From Octopus vulgaris (lineage: Eukaryota): a stretch of DNA of 64,000 bases. Of this stretch, positions 1 to 12,776 are shown piece after piece. Under the pieces are notes generated by a model that saw only the letters and a list, made by a program, of their open reading frames with translations, ran no database searches and was not told where the DNA came from. Both the position numbers and the translations under genes were made by a program. Each line of letters starts with the position of its first letter. Positions within the stretch are counted from its first letter, which is position 1. The stretch is from the NCBI GenBank assembly GCA_951406725.2, contig OX597832.1, positions 69,626,001-69,690,000 on the forward strand, read 5' to 3'.

Positions 1-305
1 TTCTGGAAGGAGCTTTGGCTCATTGTCGGCTATGTACTCGGCAAGCTCATCAACATTAAAACATGTCTCACGCAGCAAATGTGAAGACAGAGTGTTTGTG
101 CCTTCCCGGTTTGTTAAAGGTAGGCCATAGACCGGCAAGGAACTACCGCCCATATCAAGTACAGTATCTTCGAACGTAGTTTGTTACCACACAGCCACAC
201 CTGCCCCTATGTATGTGTGTGTGTGTGTGCGTGTGTGTGTGTATGGGTAGATATATTATGCATGTATATATGTGTATATATATATGTGTACATATAACAT
301 GTACA

Positions 306-341
<36 letters not shown>

Positions 342-952
342 TACACATAAAATACAAAATACAAAGTTATATCTTGATATCGCTAGTGATAACAATACTC
401 AAAATATATAACAGACTGGAATTGTAGGCTCGTCTCTTGCAATTTCGATCAATTGGATCTTGTATAGAAGTGTACGGCTGCAGCGAAATTCATTTTTGGA
501 CTTTCTTGTATCGAAGGCATTTTAACAAAAATGCTTCCGTAAAGACGGTGAAAATATTGTCAGTTTCCCCAAACAGGGACACAATTCAATTTTGAAACAA
601 TAACCAAAGCCCCTTCTCCGAAAGGGGGAGGGTTACGGTTTACAATTATTTAACAAATACAACACAACAACGTTTCCTTGGCGAGGAACCAACAAACGTG
701 ATTACAATAGTCAAACAGTAATAATAATAACAACAAACCTTTTTAATTTATCCTCATTTATGTGAAACCACTTATTCAAGTTCAAGTCATTGATGCGATT
801 GTATACGAATTGCTAATACACACACACACATAATAAGGGTGAAAAATTGAATATTAATTTGATTAATATGAATTGAAAACCAGTGGTGTAGCATAGGGGA
901 TCTTCTTCTTCTAGCAAAAAGGATGAGCAATCTGAATGGCTCATCCCTGTCT

Positions 953-990
<38 letters not shown>

Positions 991-1102
991 AGCTTACAAT
1001 TTTCTTTCAACAACTGACACTGTCGTATATATTTGCGTGTCTATGTGTGTAAAGAGGAAGTGGGAATAATAGGCAGAGTAAAGGCTTTGAAGTGAAAGAG
1101 TG

Positions 1103-1556
1103 AAATGGTAAAATATTGAGTTTTCTCGAATTTTTTCTTAATTGGTGGTCAAATTGAAAGAAATTTTGTATGGCATGACCGAATGGAAGTACTTGGAAAA
1201 ATCATAGGTAAACTCTAATTAAAGAAATTGTGTGAGGAGTAAATCATTATGTATTTATTTGTTTCTGTTTGTTGTGTATTTTTTTTTTGAGTAGTGGTTT
1301 AAGGTACACTTGCAAAGAGAAAGTAGGAGAAATTAGGGTGATAGCATGATTGCAGAGTTGCAAAGAGAAAGTAGCACAAAGTGTGGTGGTAATGGCATGA
1401 GTGAAGCAGTTAAAATGAAAGAGGGAAATCTAAAAATATTGAGTTTTCTCGAATTTTTGCTTAATTGGGGGTGAAATTGGAAAAACTGTACCTGCCACGA
1501 CCCGATGGATTCTACTCGTAAAAATGATAGGTAAATTCTAATTGAAGAAATTCTAT
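1103..1556 (+). repeat. Diverged direct duplication of about 130 bp (about 1103-1232 vs 1425-1556)
   Basis: Both copies read aaaatattgagttttctcgaatttt..cttaattgg...atagg taaa.tctaatt.aagaaatt. Confidence 0.7.
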
Positions 1557-1618
1557 ATTGTAGATTTGTATAATAAACAAACGGTTTGGGAGGCAGATAA
1601 AATCTGCCTTTTATCATA

Positions 1619-1649
<31 letters not shown>

Positions 1650-1653
<4 letters not shown>

Positions 1654-1796
1654 GCTGTGTGCTAAGTAGCTTGCTTATCAACCATATGGTTCGGGATTCA
1701 GTTCCACTGCGTGGCACCGTTGCACCTTCTACTATAGCCTGGGGCCGATCAAATTCTTGGGAGTGGATTTGGTAGACGGAAACTGAAAGGAGCCCG

Positions 1797-1842
<46 letters not shown>

Positions 1843-2003
1843 ATATGTTTGTGTGTCTGTGTTTGTCTCCCAGCATTATGGCTTGACAACAGATGTTGGT
1901 GTGTTTACGTTGCCGTAAGTTAGCAGTTAACCAAATGAGACCGATGGAATAAGCACTAGGCTTACAAAAGAATAAGTCCTGGGCTCGATTTGTTCGACTA
2001 CAG
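1650..2003 (+). mobile_element. tRNA-derived SINE with an internal (TA)n tract
   Basis: A-box-like gtggctgtgtgctaag, degenerate B-box region, and body gtggatttggtagacggaaactgaaaggagcccgtc; homologous to the minus-strand copies at 5.0-5.55 kb and 23.0-23.4 kb. Confidence 0.75.
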
Positions 2004-2009
2004 GATATT

Positions 2010-2699
2010 AGATTACCGATATTAGATTATTGGTTGGTTTCTTACCTTATAAATTAAAATTAATATTTAACATTATAATCGATTTTTATATAATCATAAT
2101 TATTAAGTTTTAAGTTTCTAGTTTGATAATAGAGTTTATTATAAGTAAAATTATTATATTATTTATATCTTAAAATATTGTTTAAATATTTCTGATTATT
2201 TTTAAAATATTTCAATTAACCTGAAGATTGACTGTAACCATAACTCGAATTATTAATTGAGTTTAAATTATTGTTATTCGAATTGGTACAGCCATGAAAC
2301 GATCGTAGTGTTTTACTCTTTATCTTTTATTAAACTTTTAATACTTTTGATATTTAAAATAAATAAATAAATAAATAAATAAAATAAAATAAAATAAATA
2401 AATTAATTAATTAATTAATAAATAAAATAATACATAAATATAAAAATATACATACATACATATGTATATATTTGTATATATATATAAAATTTATAAATTT
2501 AAATTATTCAAATAATTTTTTATTTTTAACTTTTATATTTTAAAATTAATTTTATGTATTGGCTTATGTTTTTCACTGTTTGATTTGCCTAATAGTGGTT
2601 TTATCTCTGATTTAATATAATATAATATAATATATTTATACTATAAAGTTGGATTTAATTCTAAATCTAATTTTTCCCTGTAAGTTTGGATTTATTCCC

Positions 2700-2724
<25 letters not shown>
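2010..2724 (+). mobile_element. Putative PLE terminal-repeat relic carrying a hammerhead-like motif and ending on a (TA)n tract
   Basis: Hammerhead-like motif at 2216-2312 followed by an AT-rich tail that ends at the TA tract; boundaries approximate. Confidence 0.45.
2216..2312 (+). ncRNA. Type I hammerhead-ribozyme-like motif with a long helix II
   Basis: CTGAAGA at 2221-2227; helix II TGACTGTAACCA/TGGTACAGCCA plus inner tcgaat/attcga; GAAA at 2296-2299; palindromic helix III ACGATCGT; GUA cleavage triplet at 2305-2307; helix I weak. Confidence 0.6.
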
Positions 2725-2780
<56 letters not shown>

Positions 2781-2785
<5 letters not shown>

Positions 2786-3576
2786 ATCCAAACAAGAGAA
2801 CACAAAAAACACAACACGAGGATGTGGAACAAAGGAAAGAAGGGAAGAAGGAGGGTCTAACGTTTCGAGCGGAGCTCTTCGTCGGAAACATAGGAGAAGG
2901 AAAGATCCAGAGAATAGAAGACAGAGGAAAAAAAATCGCGAACGGTACACACGAGGTTACATTTTGAAAGACCAGAAGGAGAAAGGGTGAAGAAAGATGT
3001 TTTCAAAGACAGAAGAGTTTTCAAAGACAGAAGAGTAGTATGGTAAAAGACAGCGGAATGTAGGAGGGGGAATGTGTGTGTAAATGTGGATGTGTGCGTG
3101 CGCGGAGGTCTGCGTGTGCGTGTGTGTGTGTGTATGTGTGCAATGATGACACGTGTGTGTGTGTGTGCGTGTGTGTGTGTGTGTGCGTGTGTGTGTGTAT
3201 GTGTGTGTGGTTGTGGCTGTAAACAACAGGCTAGTAGCTGGCTAGTTTGTAAGAATAAGGAGTGGTGTTTTTGTCCCTGCCACAGGTCAGTCATTGATGT
3301 ATGTGTGTGTGCGTGTATGTATATGTGTCGTGTGTGTGTTTTGTTTGTAGTGTGTGTGTGTGTGTGTGTTCGTGTGTGTATGCGTAGAGTTTGGGTGTGT
3401 GGCGAATAACTGTGCTTTACTTAGTGTATGTGTGCGTGTGTGCTTGTACGAGCGTATGTGTGTATATATATATGTATGTATAATTGTGTGCCGTGTGTAT
3501 GGGATGTATATGTGGGTTCATTTGTGTGTGTGTGTGTGTGTATGTATGTTCGTGCGTGTCGTATGTGCGTGTAGTT
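2781..3576 (-). mobile_element. Non-autonomous PLE-like element, copy 1 (may extend to about 4255)
   Basis: Long homology with 29071-29741; contains a minimal hammerhead motif; abuts (TA)n. Confidence 0.65.
2855..2889 (-). ncRNA. Minimal hammerhead motif, CCGACGA core variant
   Basis: Reverse complement: gttt CCGACGA A GAGC-TCC-GCTC GAAA CGTT agac; helix I gttt/agac; palindromic ACGT helix III. Confidence 0.6.
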
Positions 3577-4256
3577 GTGTGTGTGTGTATGTGTGCGTTT
3601 GTATGTGTGTGTGTATAAGCGTATATGGATGTATATGCGTGTATCCGTGGGGTTGTGAGTTTTGGGTGTGTGCATTGGTGTGCGTATGTGTGTGTGTGTA
3701 TGTGCCTATATGTGTATACGTATGTGTATGTGTGTGTGCGCGTGTAGGCGTATATTGTGTGTATGTATATGTATCGGTGTGTATGTGAATTTGTGTATGC
3801 GTATGTGTGTGGGGTGTTTTTTTGGAGTTGTGTGGGCGTAATGTGCGTGCGTGTGCTTGTGTGCGTGTGTGCGCTTACGTGCGTGTATGTGTGTGTATTT
3901 CTGTGCCCATGTGTGTATGAATGTGTGCGTATCTGTATGAATATTGTTTGTTGGAGGTATATGTGGGCATCTGTGCTGGTGTGTGTGTTTGTACGTGTGT
4001 ATGTGTGTGTGCGTGTATTGTATATATATGTATATGTGAGTGTGTGTGCATGTGTGTGTACGTGCGTGCGAGTGAATGTATGTATACATGTGCGTGTATG
4101 TACAAGTGTAGAGGTTTATATGTGTGCATATATATGTATGCAAGCACACACTTTATAATTGAAAGATTGATGGAAGAAAAATTTGGTGTGGGCATATGTG
4201 AATCCACAGGCACACACACACAGACACTGACGCACGCCTGCAATACAGCCAACCCC

Positions 4257-4257
<1 letters not shown>

Positions 4258-4287
<30 letters not shown>

Positions 4288-4507
4288 TGTATGTATGTAT
4301 GTATGTATGTATGTATGTATGTATGCATGCATGCATGTATGTATGTATGTATGTATGTATGTATGTATGCATGCATGTATGTATGTATGTATGTATGTAT
4401 GTATGTGTGTATGTATGTATGTGTGTGTGTTTATGTGTGTGTGTATGTAGGTATGTATGTGTGTATGTGTGTATGTATGTATGCATGTATGTATGTATGT
4501 ATGTGTA

Positions 4508-4562
<55 letters not shown>

Positions 4563-4588
4563 ATATATATATATATATGTATATATAC
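4258..4588. repeat. Compound (ATGT)n/(TA)n microsatellite, representative of dozens of (TA), (CA), (TATG), (GATA), (TAA), (CTT) tracts in the window
   Basis: Seen directly in the sequence. Confidence 0.95.
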
Positions 4589-4999
4589 AGGCGCAGTATT
4601 ATCGAATGACTAATGTATATATAGGCGCTATACGGTCGAATGGTAAAGAAACTCTTTCGTAACCGAAAGACATCGTGTTCGCTCCTACTATATGGCATGT
4701 ACGACGTATGTCAGTTTGTATAGCCCAGGTGGAATCTGGAAGGAGTGAGACTGAAGATAGGATACAAGGAGATGGAGCGTACTGCTGTAGCCTTTCTTCG
4801 GGTAGAGAGTTTTGTTTGTGTCGACTGGTACAAGGCCAAATGAAATGCTTTGTTCAATGACACAGCGAGTCGTCCGAGTGTTGAATTGGTATACCCGATG
4901 TGTGAGGTCATACTTCTTCATGCACACTAAATCACTATGTCACACGCACCTGCATATATACACCGAAACGAGCAGCCTGGGCGCAAACACCACATTCAT

Positions 5000-5342
5000 A
5001 TTATATTCTTTTATTCTTTTACTTGGTTCAGTCTGCAGCCATGCTGGAGCAACGCCTCAAGGGGTTTTAATTGAATAAATTGAACATAGAATTTATTCTT
5101 TGTTAGTCTAATACTTATTCTATCGGTCTGTTTGGCGAACCGCTAAGGTTCGGAGACGTAAACGCACCAACATCGGTGATTAAGCGATGGTGGGGGGACA
5201 AACACAGATACAAAAGCACACACACGCAAACATATACATACATACACACACATATATACATACATGTATACATACATACGTACATATATATATATATATT
5301 TTTTTTGTAGTATATACATACATACATACATACATACATACA

Positions 5343-5376
<34 letters not shown>

Positions 5377-5552
5377 CATATATACGACAGGCTTCTTTCA
5401 ATTTCCGTCTACTAAATCCACTTACAAGGATTTGGTCCGCCCGTGACTATAGTGCAAGATTCTTGCCGAAGGTGCAACGCATTGGGATTGAACCGGGAAT
5501 CATGTGTTTGGGAAACAAGCTTTTTACCACACAAACATGCTTGCACCTATAT
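5000..5552 (-). mobile_element. tRNA-derived SINE, same family as 1650-2003, interrupted by (TACA)n
   Basis: Reverse complement matches the 1650-2003 head (aaaagcttgtttcccaaacacatgattcccggttcaatccc), body and tail. Confidence 0.75.
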
Positions 5553-6517
5553 ACAAACTTCCATATTGCTTCCAACTGAGATACCACCACTTGGTGAACT
5601 TGAAACCAAATAGACCCAGATTTTACCATCTTAATATTGGCGGCTCCTCAACACTGGCTGCCCCACAAACAAGAGAAACAAGACCAGGGTTCCTAACCAT
5701 CGGCTTTCAAATCTACGGAGACGGCAAGCCAACTTTAGAACATCATACGTCCTCTGTAACATATATTCGCTCCCATAAATATGGCGTGCGCTTGTAAGTA
5801 CACACACAGTTATGTACACACACATCTTTTACACGAACACATACACAAGTGCACAAACATGCATGCACCAACACACGTGCACACACACATACACACAAAA
5901 ATTGAAATAATATATGTACGTATATTTCTCCTCCCATTCTTTTTCCTTCATCTCTCCAAACTTCACGCCTGTTTTACCCACCAGCAACACTGTCGCAACT
6001 ACACTAGCATACATCTGTCGTGCCAAAAGCATACATACATACATACATACATACATACATACATACATACATACATACATACACACACACATATATGAAC
6101 ACGCACCCAATCTAAAAAACACACGTACGCATATATGTTCTTCCAGACAAATACGCACATAATATACACACATACACATGCAAACATGCATCCTAAATAC
6201 ATTCGCACATGTCCGCGTATACAGTTGGCACTAACGCACATGTGTTCACACGTTCACACACACATACATAGACTCACACACACACACACACTGGTTTTGC
6301 TTCTGTCGGCTTTCAAATCCCTTCAAAAGCCTGCCAGACACCAAAGCGCCACTAGCTTCCTGCCCAACCTCCTGGGGGAAGGGAAGAAATTGTTACGTAT
6401 CTGGTGTCACTAACTTGCCGATTTCACATCTAGCAACACCATGTGACCTGCTTCGACCAATAGCAAATCACTTTTTAGCAGCCATTCTGGACTTCAATTT
6501 CTCCATTCGGTAATCTA

Positions 6518-6572
6518 TGCTTGTAGGAGCTGGTTTTCCTTAAGAAACCTACGAAACTCCGAGTCGCAGGCA
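6518..6572 (+). ncRNA. Decayed hammerhead-like motif
   Basis: Helix I tgcttgt/gcaggca, helix II ggtttt/gaaacc and GAAACTCCGAGTC are present, but the CUGANGA box is destroyed. Confidence 0.3.
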
Positions 6573-8682
6573 GCCGAATCAAACAGTTTTGAACAATAAT
6601 AATATATATAACTCCTACTGAATATGTTGAGTACCTTTTATTTTCGTTTATCCCCTCACTCTTCTCTATCTCTCCCTCTCTCCCCTCTCTCTCTCTATAT
6701 ATATATATACACACATATGCTTGTATGTATTATGTATATGTATGCATGCCTGTGATATGTAGATATATGTATACTTCTCTCGCACTCTCTCTCTCTGTTT
6801 CTATATATATTTATATGTGTGTATGTGTGTGTGTGTGCGTGTGTGTGCATGCGTGCATGTTAGCGTGTGCACGAGCGTGTGCATGTGTGTGTGCATGTAA
6901 ACCGATTGATAAATGCAATTTTGGTAAGGTACCAGAATGCTGAAGATACACAAAAATAATCACTTGATTGTGATGTATATATCGAACAGTCACAACTGAT
7001 ATTGCAGCTATAAAGTCTGCATCAATCAAATCAGACCTGTTTACTGTTAAAATGCAGTAATACATGCTAACTATCACTTCATGTTGATAATAAAGGTCTC
7101 GAAACTTCGATTATGATTTCAGGAACTTTACTGTTCCAAGCAAACAGCAAAGGATCTCATATACGAGAAGATGAAAAGAAAAAAAAAACAAACAAGAAAA
7201 CAGAAAATACAAACACATTGATGAAAAGGTTAATAGTAGATCGGAGGCGAGATTTGGAAACAACTTATGTTTGTGTATGTTTGAGCCTATGTGTGTGCGA
7301 ATGTGTGTGTGTGTACGTGTGTGAATGTGTGTGAATGTGGAAAAATATAAACGCTTATGTATATTCATATATCTATCTTTTTAATATTTATCCTACATAT
7401 ATACCCGTGTATATATGAATGTTGGCGTATTTGTGCCTATGCAATGACATACACACACTTATATAAATATTGTATATATTATACATATAAATCATATATT
7501 AATGTATACTAAAAATGCGCGCGTGTGTGTGTGTGTGTGTGTGTGCCTGTGTGCGTTTGTGAGTGTGTATGTTTGTATCCGTGCATCATCAGTTTTTACT
7601 AGTTACGTACACACCTACACACATACCTATACACATACAAAGACACACACCTTCATACATACACAGACACACACCCACACACACACACATCTCTTCGTAT
7701 TTTCATTGAGTTCTTTGTTTTGCTTTGCTTTTCCTTTTTACCAAAAAAATGAAGAACAACAAACGAAGACAAAAGCAATATCAATGGTAACTTCAGTGCT
7801 TTTTACATAGATCTATAGGAAATAGCTATTAGTGCATAGAAAGAAAATATTTGCTGATGTAATATCAATCTCAATAGATATACATTCGAACGTAGTTGGC
7901 TTTTTGTTGTGTTTGTTTCTTATTTAATCTCGCAATCCACATATGAATATATCACTGGAGGTTATTTGATGGTGTTGGATTTGGTGTTTTCTCTTTTGCT
8001 GCTTTTTAATATCGAATCACACAAACAAAAAAAAAAATACTAAATGACGCCGAAATATTCGAGAGTGGCGTGGCGTAGGAGAGAGTAACGTGGTGTGGAG
8101 TGAAAAAGTAATGGTGTGGCTGAGTGGAGTTGGGTTGTGAAGCAGGTTAAATAACTTACAGAAATGTATTATGTCCTTTCACGTTGCCACAGGTTCAAGT
8201 ACCACCTGGGATGACGTTTACTTATAATATTTTAATGCTTCATAAGATATAGAACCAATGAAAATACCGGGATCGATATAATCGATAAGTTCCATAAAAT
8301 CGAGAATGTCCACCTCTCTCTCAAATGGTTGAACTTGTGCAGATATTTGTTATGAATATGCCAAAAGAACCCCCCCCCCAATGCTACTAAACAGAAGCAC
8401 AAATAGAAGGCTGCATAGCAAAATCGGTAAAGAACCGGCAAAAAAAAAATCTTACATAAATAATATTTAGTCCATTTATGTTGTTTTGCCTTCAAAACTC
8501 TATGGATTAGACGACAAAAAGGCTGTGCGTGTGTGTATGGAATCCAAGACAAGAAAGCAGAAGGTAAACGCTGCGTATACCCAATGTATCGGAGTAGAAA
8601 TTCCATAACTTTTAGCTTCCATTTTGTATTGATATCTATAGGTATATCTATCAATAGATAGATAGATAGATAAACAGATAGG

Positions 8683-8751
<69 letters not shown>

Positions 8752-8753
<2 letters not shown>

Positions 8754-9043
8754 AGGCGCAATGACCCGGTGGTTAGGGCAGCGGACTCGCGGTCGTTGCA
8801 ACGCGGTTTCGATTCCCAGACCGGGCGTTGTGAGTGTTTATTGAGCGAAAACAGAGTGTGGGGTGGAGGTGGCGATCCCTTCTGTACTCTTTCGCCACAA
8901 CTTTCTCTCACTCTTTCTTCTGTTGGTCTGCTCGCTTAGCCTGCGGGGTGGCATCATTTGACAGCTAAAACAATGCGAACTGCATTGTGACCAGCGATGT
9001 GTAGCAACAACTCATACCATGGGTGGTCACGATGATCACGATG
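8752..9043 (+). mobile_element. tRNA-derived SINE, second family
   Basis: A box tgacccggtgg, B box ggtttcgattccc, GC-rich body and a short (cacgatgat) tandem tail; inserted between microsatellites. Confidence 0.75.
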
Positions 9044-9057
9044 ATATATATATATAT

Positions 9058-9100
<43 letters not shown>

Positions 9101-9124
9101 GAGAGAGCTAGATAGATAGATAGG

Positions 9125-9171
<47 letters not shown>

Positions 9172-9599
9172 ACAGACAGGCAGATAGATGTATACATATA
9201 TGTGTGTATGTGTGTGTGTTTATGTGCATTTAAGTGGTTTTGTTAAAATCGTATACACTTTAGTGTAATTATAACCGTGATTGCGTGGAATGGGTTAAAT
9301 ACGCTTCTCGACGACCATCACCGCTTCTATTCTCACGTACTCTCAGTCATACTTGCAAATGCCCAATTTCAGTTGTTATACAGATATACACACGTATACA
9401 TACACGTACATATTCACACGCATGCATGCACACACACATGCACATGTACACCCATATGTACAAAATACATACGTTGCATATGTCAAGAAAATATTGCCCA
9501 AAACGTTACCGCTGCAACATCATGAGACCGTATGTAGAGCCGTAATGGCTTTCTTTCAATGTTAATGTTAGCGAGAGCAACATGACCAAAAGTGTCCTC

Positions 9600-10150
9600 A
9601 CTTGGTATCTCCACATTTAATGATTTGTTCAACAGCATGTAAAACGAGTGACTTTTGATTCCAGGAACAGACAATATTTGAAGCCCTCCTTCAAAATTAT
9701 AAAATCTGTTTAAGCTTCACACTTGAGGATCACAACAGAATGCTATTCCCCTAATTCGGACAGTGCTACTGCAGTACCTATAAATATCTTAGACAACATC
9801 TAAAGAGAATTCACATCACTGAATGATATAAATTCAGTTACAAACAACCTCCCCACCTTTTCTGTCTCCTCTCTGGCTGATTTTTATACCCCGTTCTGGC
9901 GCCATAACACTGTGACACTTCCGAATATACGTCTCACCCCACACCTTCGCACGGAACGCTCATGATTTATGCACAACTACTACACTTCGGCAATCTGGAA
10001 TCTTTCAAACCACCCAACTACCCCGCCTTGGACATACATCTTCGACAAGGTGTAAACTGGTAACACTTTAAGAGGAATATTAACGGCATCAGTCACACCG
10101 GTCTTGGAGATCCTGCTAACACACTTTGGAAAAATAGCCCTTCCTGAAAC
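9600..10150 (+). mobile_element. Heavily decayed CR1/Jockey-type LINE 3' region (tentative)
   Basis: Broken-frame resemblance to the 'KS..R..LE.....P....I..LE..Q.RFT' RT thumb region near 9700-9820. Confidence 0.25.
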
Positions 10151-10179
10151 AACAAATAGTCTTTTCCACTTTACGCACA

Positions 10180-10345
10180 AGGCTCGAAATTTTGGGGAAG
10201 GGGCAAGTCGATTAGATCGACCCCAGTACGCAACTGATACTTAATTTATCGACCCTGAAAGGATGAAAGGCAAAGTCGATCTTGGTGCAATTTGAACTCA
10301 AAACTAAGCATTTCGCCCAGCGTTTCTGCCAGCTCGCCGCCTTTG
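10180..10345 (-). mobile_element. tRNA-derived SINE, third family (same as 44924-45137)
   Basis: gtcgattagatcgaccccagtac...gaaaggatgaaaggcaaagtcgatc...tttgaactc is the reverse complement of the 44924-45137 body. Confidence 0.7.
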
Positions 10346-10736
10346 AAACAACAAAAATTGAAACACACATAAAGGCAATCACTCACTTGGGCACACACGC
10401 TCGCGCACGTGCACGCACATGCATACGCACACGCACACATACACACATACAAACATACACACAAGCACACATACGCTCAAACGTCCCCATCGCTTTATAA
10501 ATCACTCTACGTCTCCTTTTCACTCTCTACATAAGTATATTCATACACAGTTATATATACACATACAAACATACATGCACAGAGACAAACACACACACTC
10601 TCTCTCTTTCTCTCTTTCACACACGCACAGACAAACACATATGCATACCACACGAGGGTGCGTGCAGTCACACTCTCGGTTAGAATTTCTGCTTGGGTTC
10701 ATTTAACTGTTGGTTCAGTTGAGTCACAGTGTACTG

Positions 10737-11965
10737 GACAGATGATTGTCTAGACACCCGCATAAGGGACAGAGGATTGCTTAGACACCCACATGGGTGA
10801 CAGAGGATTGCCTAGACACAGGTATTACAGACAGAGGATTGCCTAGACATCTGTATAAGTGACAGAGGATTGCTTAGACCCCGTATAAGTGATAGAGGAT
10901 TGCCTAGACATCCGTATAAGTGACGGAGTTTGCCTAGACACCCGTATAAGTGACGGAGGATTGCCTAGACATCCGTATAAGTGACAGAGGATTGCCTAGA
11001 CACCCATATAAGAGAAAGAGGATTGCTTAGACATCCGTATAAGAGACAGTGGATTGCCTAGACATCCGTATATGTGACGGAGGATGCCTAGACATGCGTA
11101 TAAGTGACAGAGAATTGCCTAGACACCCATATAAGAGACACAGGATTGCCTAGACTCCGTATAAGTGACAGAAGATTGCCTAGACACCCATATAAGAGAC
11201 ACAGGATTGCCTAGACTCCGTATAAGTGACAGAAGATTGCCTAGACACCCGTATAAGTGACGGAGGATTGCCTAGACACCCGTATAAGCGAAAGAGGATT
11301 GCCTAGACATCCGTATAAATGACAGAGGATTGCCTAGACACCCATATAAGTGGCAGAGGATTAGCTAGACACCCGTATAAGAGACAGAGGATTGCCTAGA
11401 CATCCGTATATGTGACAGAGGTTTGCCTAGACATCCGTATAAATGACAAAGGATTGCCTAGACACCCGTATAAAAGACAGAGGATTGCCTAGACACCCAT
11501 ATAAGAGGATTGATTGCATAGACATCCGTATAAGTGACGGAGGATTGCCTAGACCCCCGTATAAGTGACGGAGGATTGCCTAGACACCCGTATAAGTGAC
11601 AGAGGATTGCCTAGACATCCATATAAGTGAGAGAGGATTGCCTAGACACTCGTATAAGTGACAGAGAATTGCCTAGACACCCGCATAAGTGACACAGGAT
11701 TGCCTAGACACCCATATAAGAGACAGAGGATTGCCTAGACACCCGCATAAGTGACACAGGATTGCCTAGACACCCATATAAGAGACAGAGGATTGCCTAG
11801 GCACCCATATAAGAGATAGAGGATTGCCTAGACACCCATATAAGAGGCAGAGGATTACATAGACACCCGTATAAGATACAGAGGATTGTCTAGACATCCG
11901 TTTAATAGACAGAGGACTGCCTAGACACCCATATAAGTGACAGAGGAATGCCTAGACACCCGTAT
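10737..11965. repeat. 31-bp minisatellite, about 39-40 copies
   Basis: Consensus gacagaggattgcctagacacccgtataagt in head-to-tail copies with point variants and no spacers. Confidence 0.95.
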
Positions 11966-12525
11966 GTATACTTAACGTAGTTCTAACTTTCTCAAATGCA
12001 TTCAAGGAGACTCAATGTTAAAGTCATCAGGTACAGCTGGTAGTTACGAGCTTTGCAATTTTCATCTTACCAGTTTTACCCACAAGACACGGGTCTAATG
12101 CGAGGTATTAGAATATCACACAACTGAAATCATGAGAGAATGTAAATGAGAAAAGACAATGTGAGTGTTTGTGTGTGTGTGTGTGTGTATGTGTGTGTGT
12201 GTGTGCATGTTTGTGCGTGTGTGTACGTGCGTGTGCGTGTGTGAACCAATAAATGAAAGATATTTCCTCGATTGCTCTTTAAACCTCAACATTTCAACTC
12301 CACCCTCTCCTTTGCTTAATAAAGAATGATATAATGTTATATAACCGCGATAAGGCCAGAGATATTGAATTTATATTTTAAAATATCAAGTGTTGTCTCT
12401 CTCTTTAACCCCCCACGTTAAACAATCTTTCTCTGACTCACTCTCCGTCTCTCTCTCCCTTTATCTCTCTCTGTTTCTCATTATTTACTTCCTTCCTATT
12501 TCATGTTCTCTTAAACTGTCTGTCA

Positions 12526-12591
<66 letters not shown>

Positions 12592-12740
12592 ATATCTACC
12601 TATTTCTATATATTTATCATGTTTATATGCACATCTGTAAATAAACGTTTATATATCTATACCTGTGTGTGCGTATATATGTGTGTACGTACGTGCATAT
12701 GTATCATTTATGTGCATATATACATACATACGCGCATAGT

Positions 12741-12776
<36 letters not shown>

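Noticed and set aside
8752-8830. Functional tRNA gene
   Set aside because: A and B boxes are present, but the acceptor stem does not pair and the sequence continues into a SINE body.
10737-11965. 31-bp array as a CRISPR array
   Set aside because: Units are contiguous, with no unique spacers and no cas genes, in a eukaryotic context.
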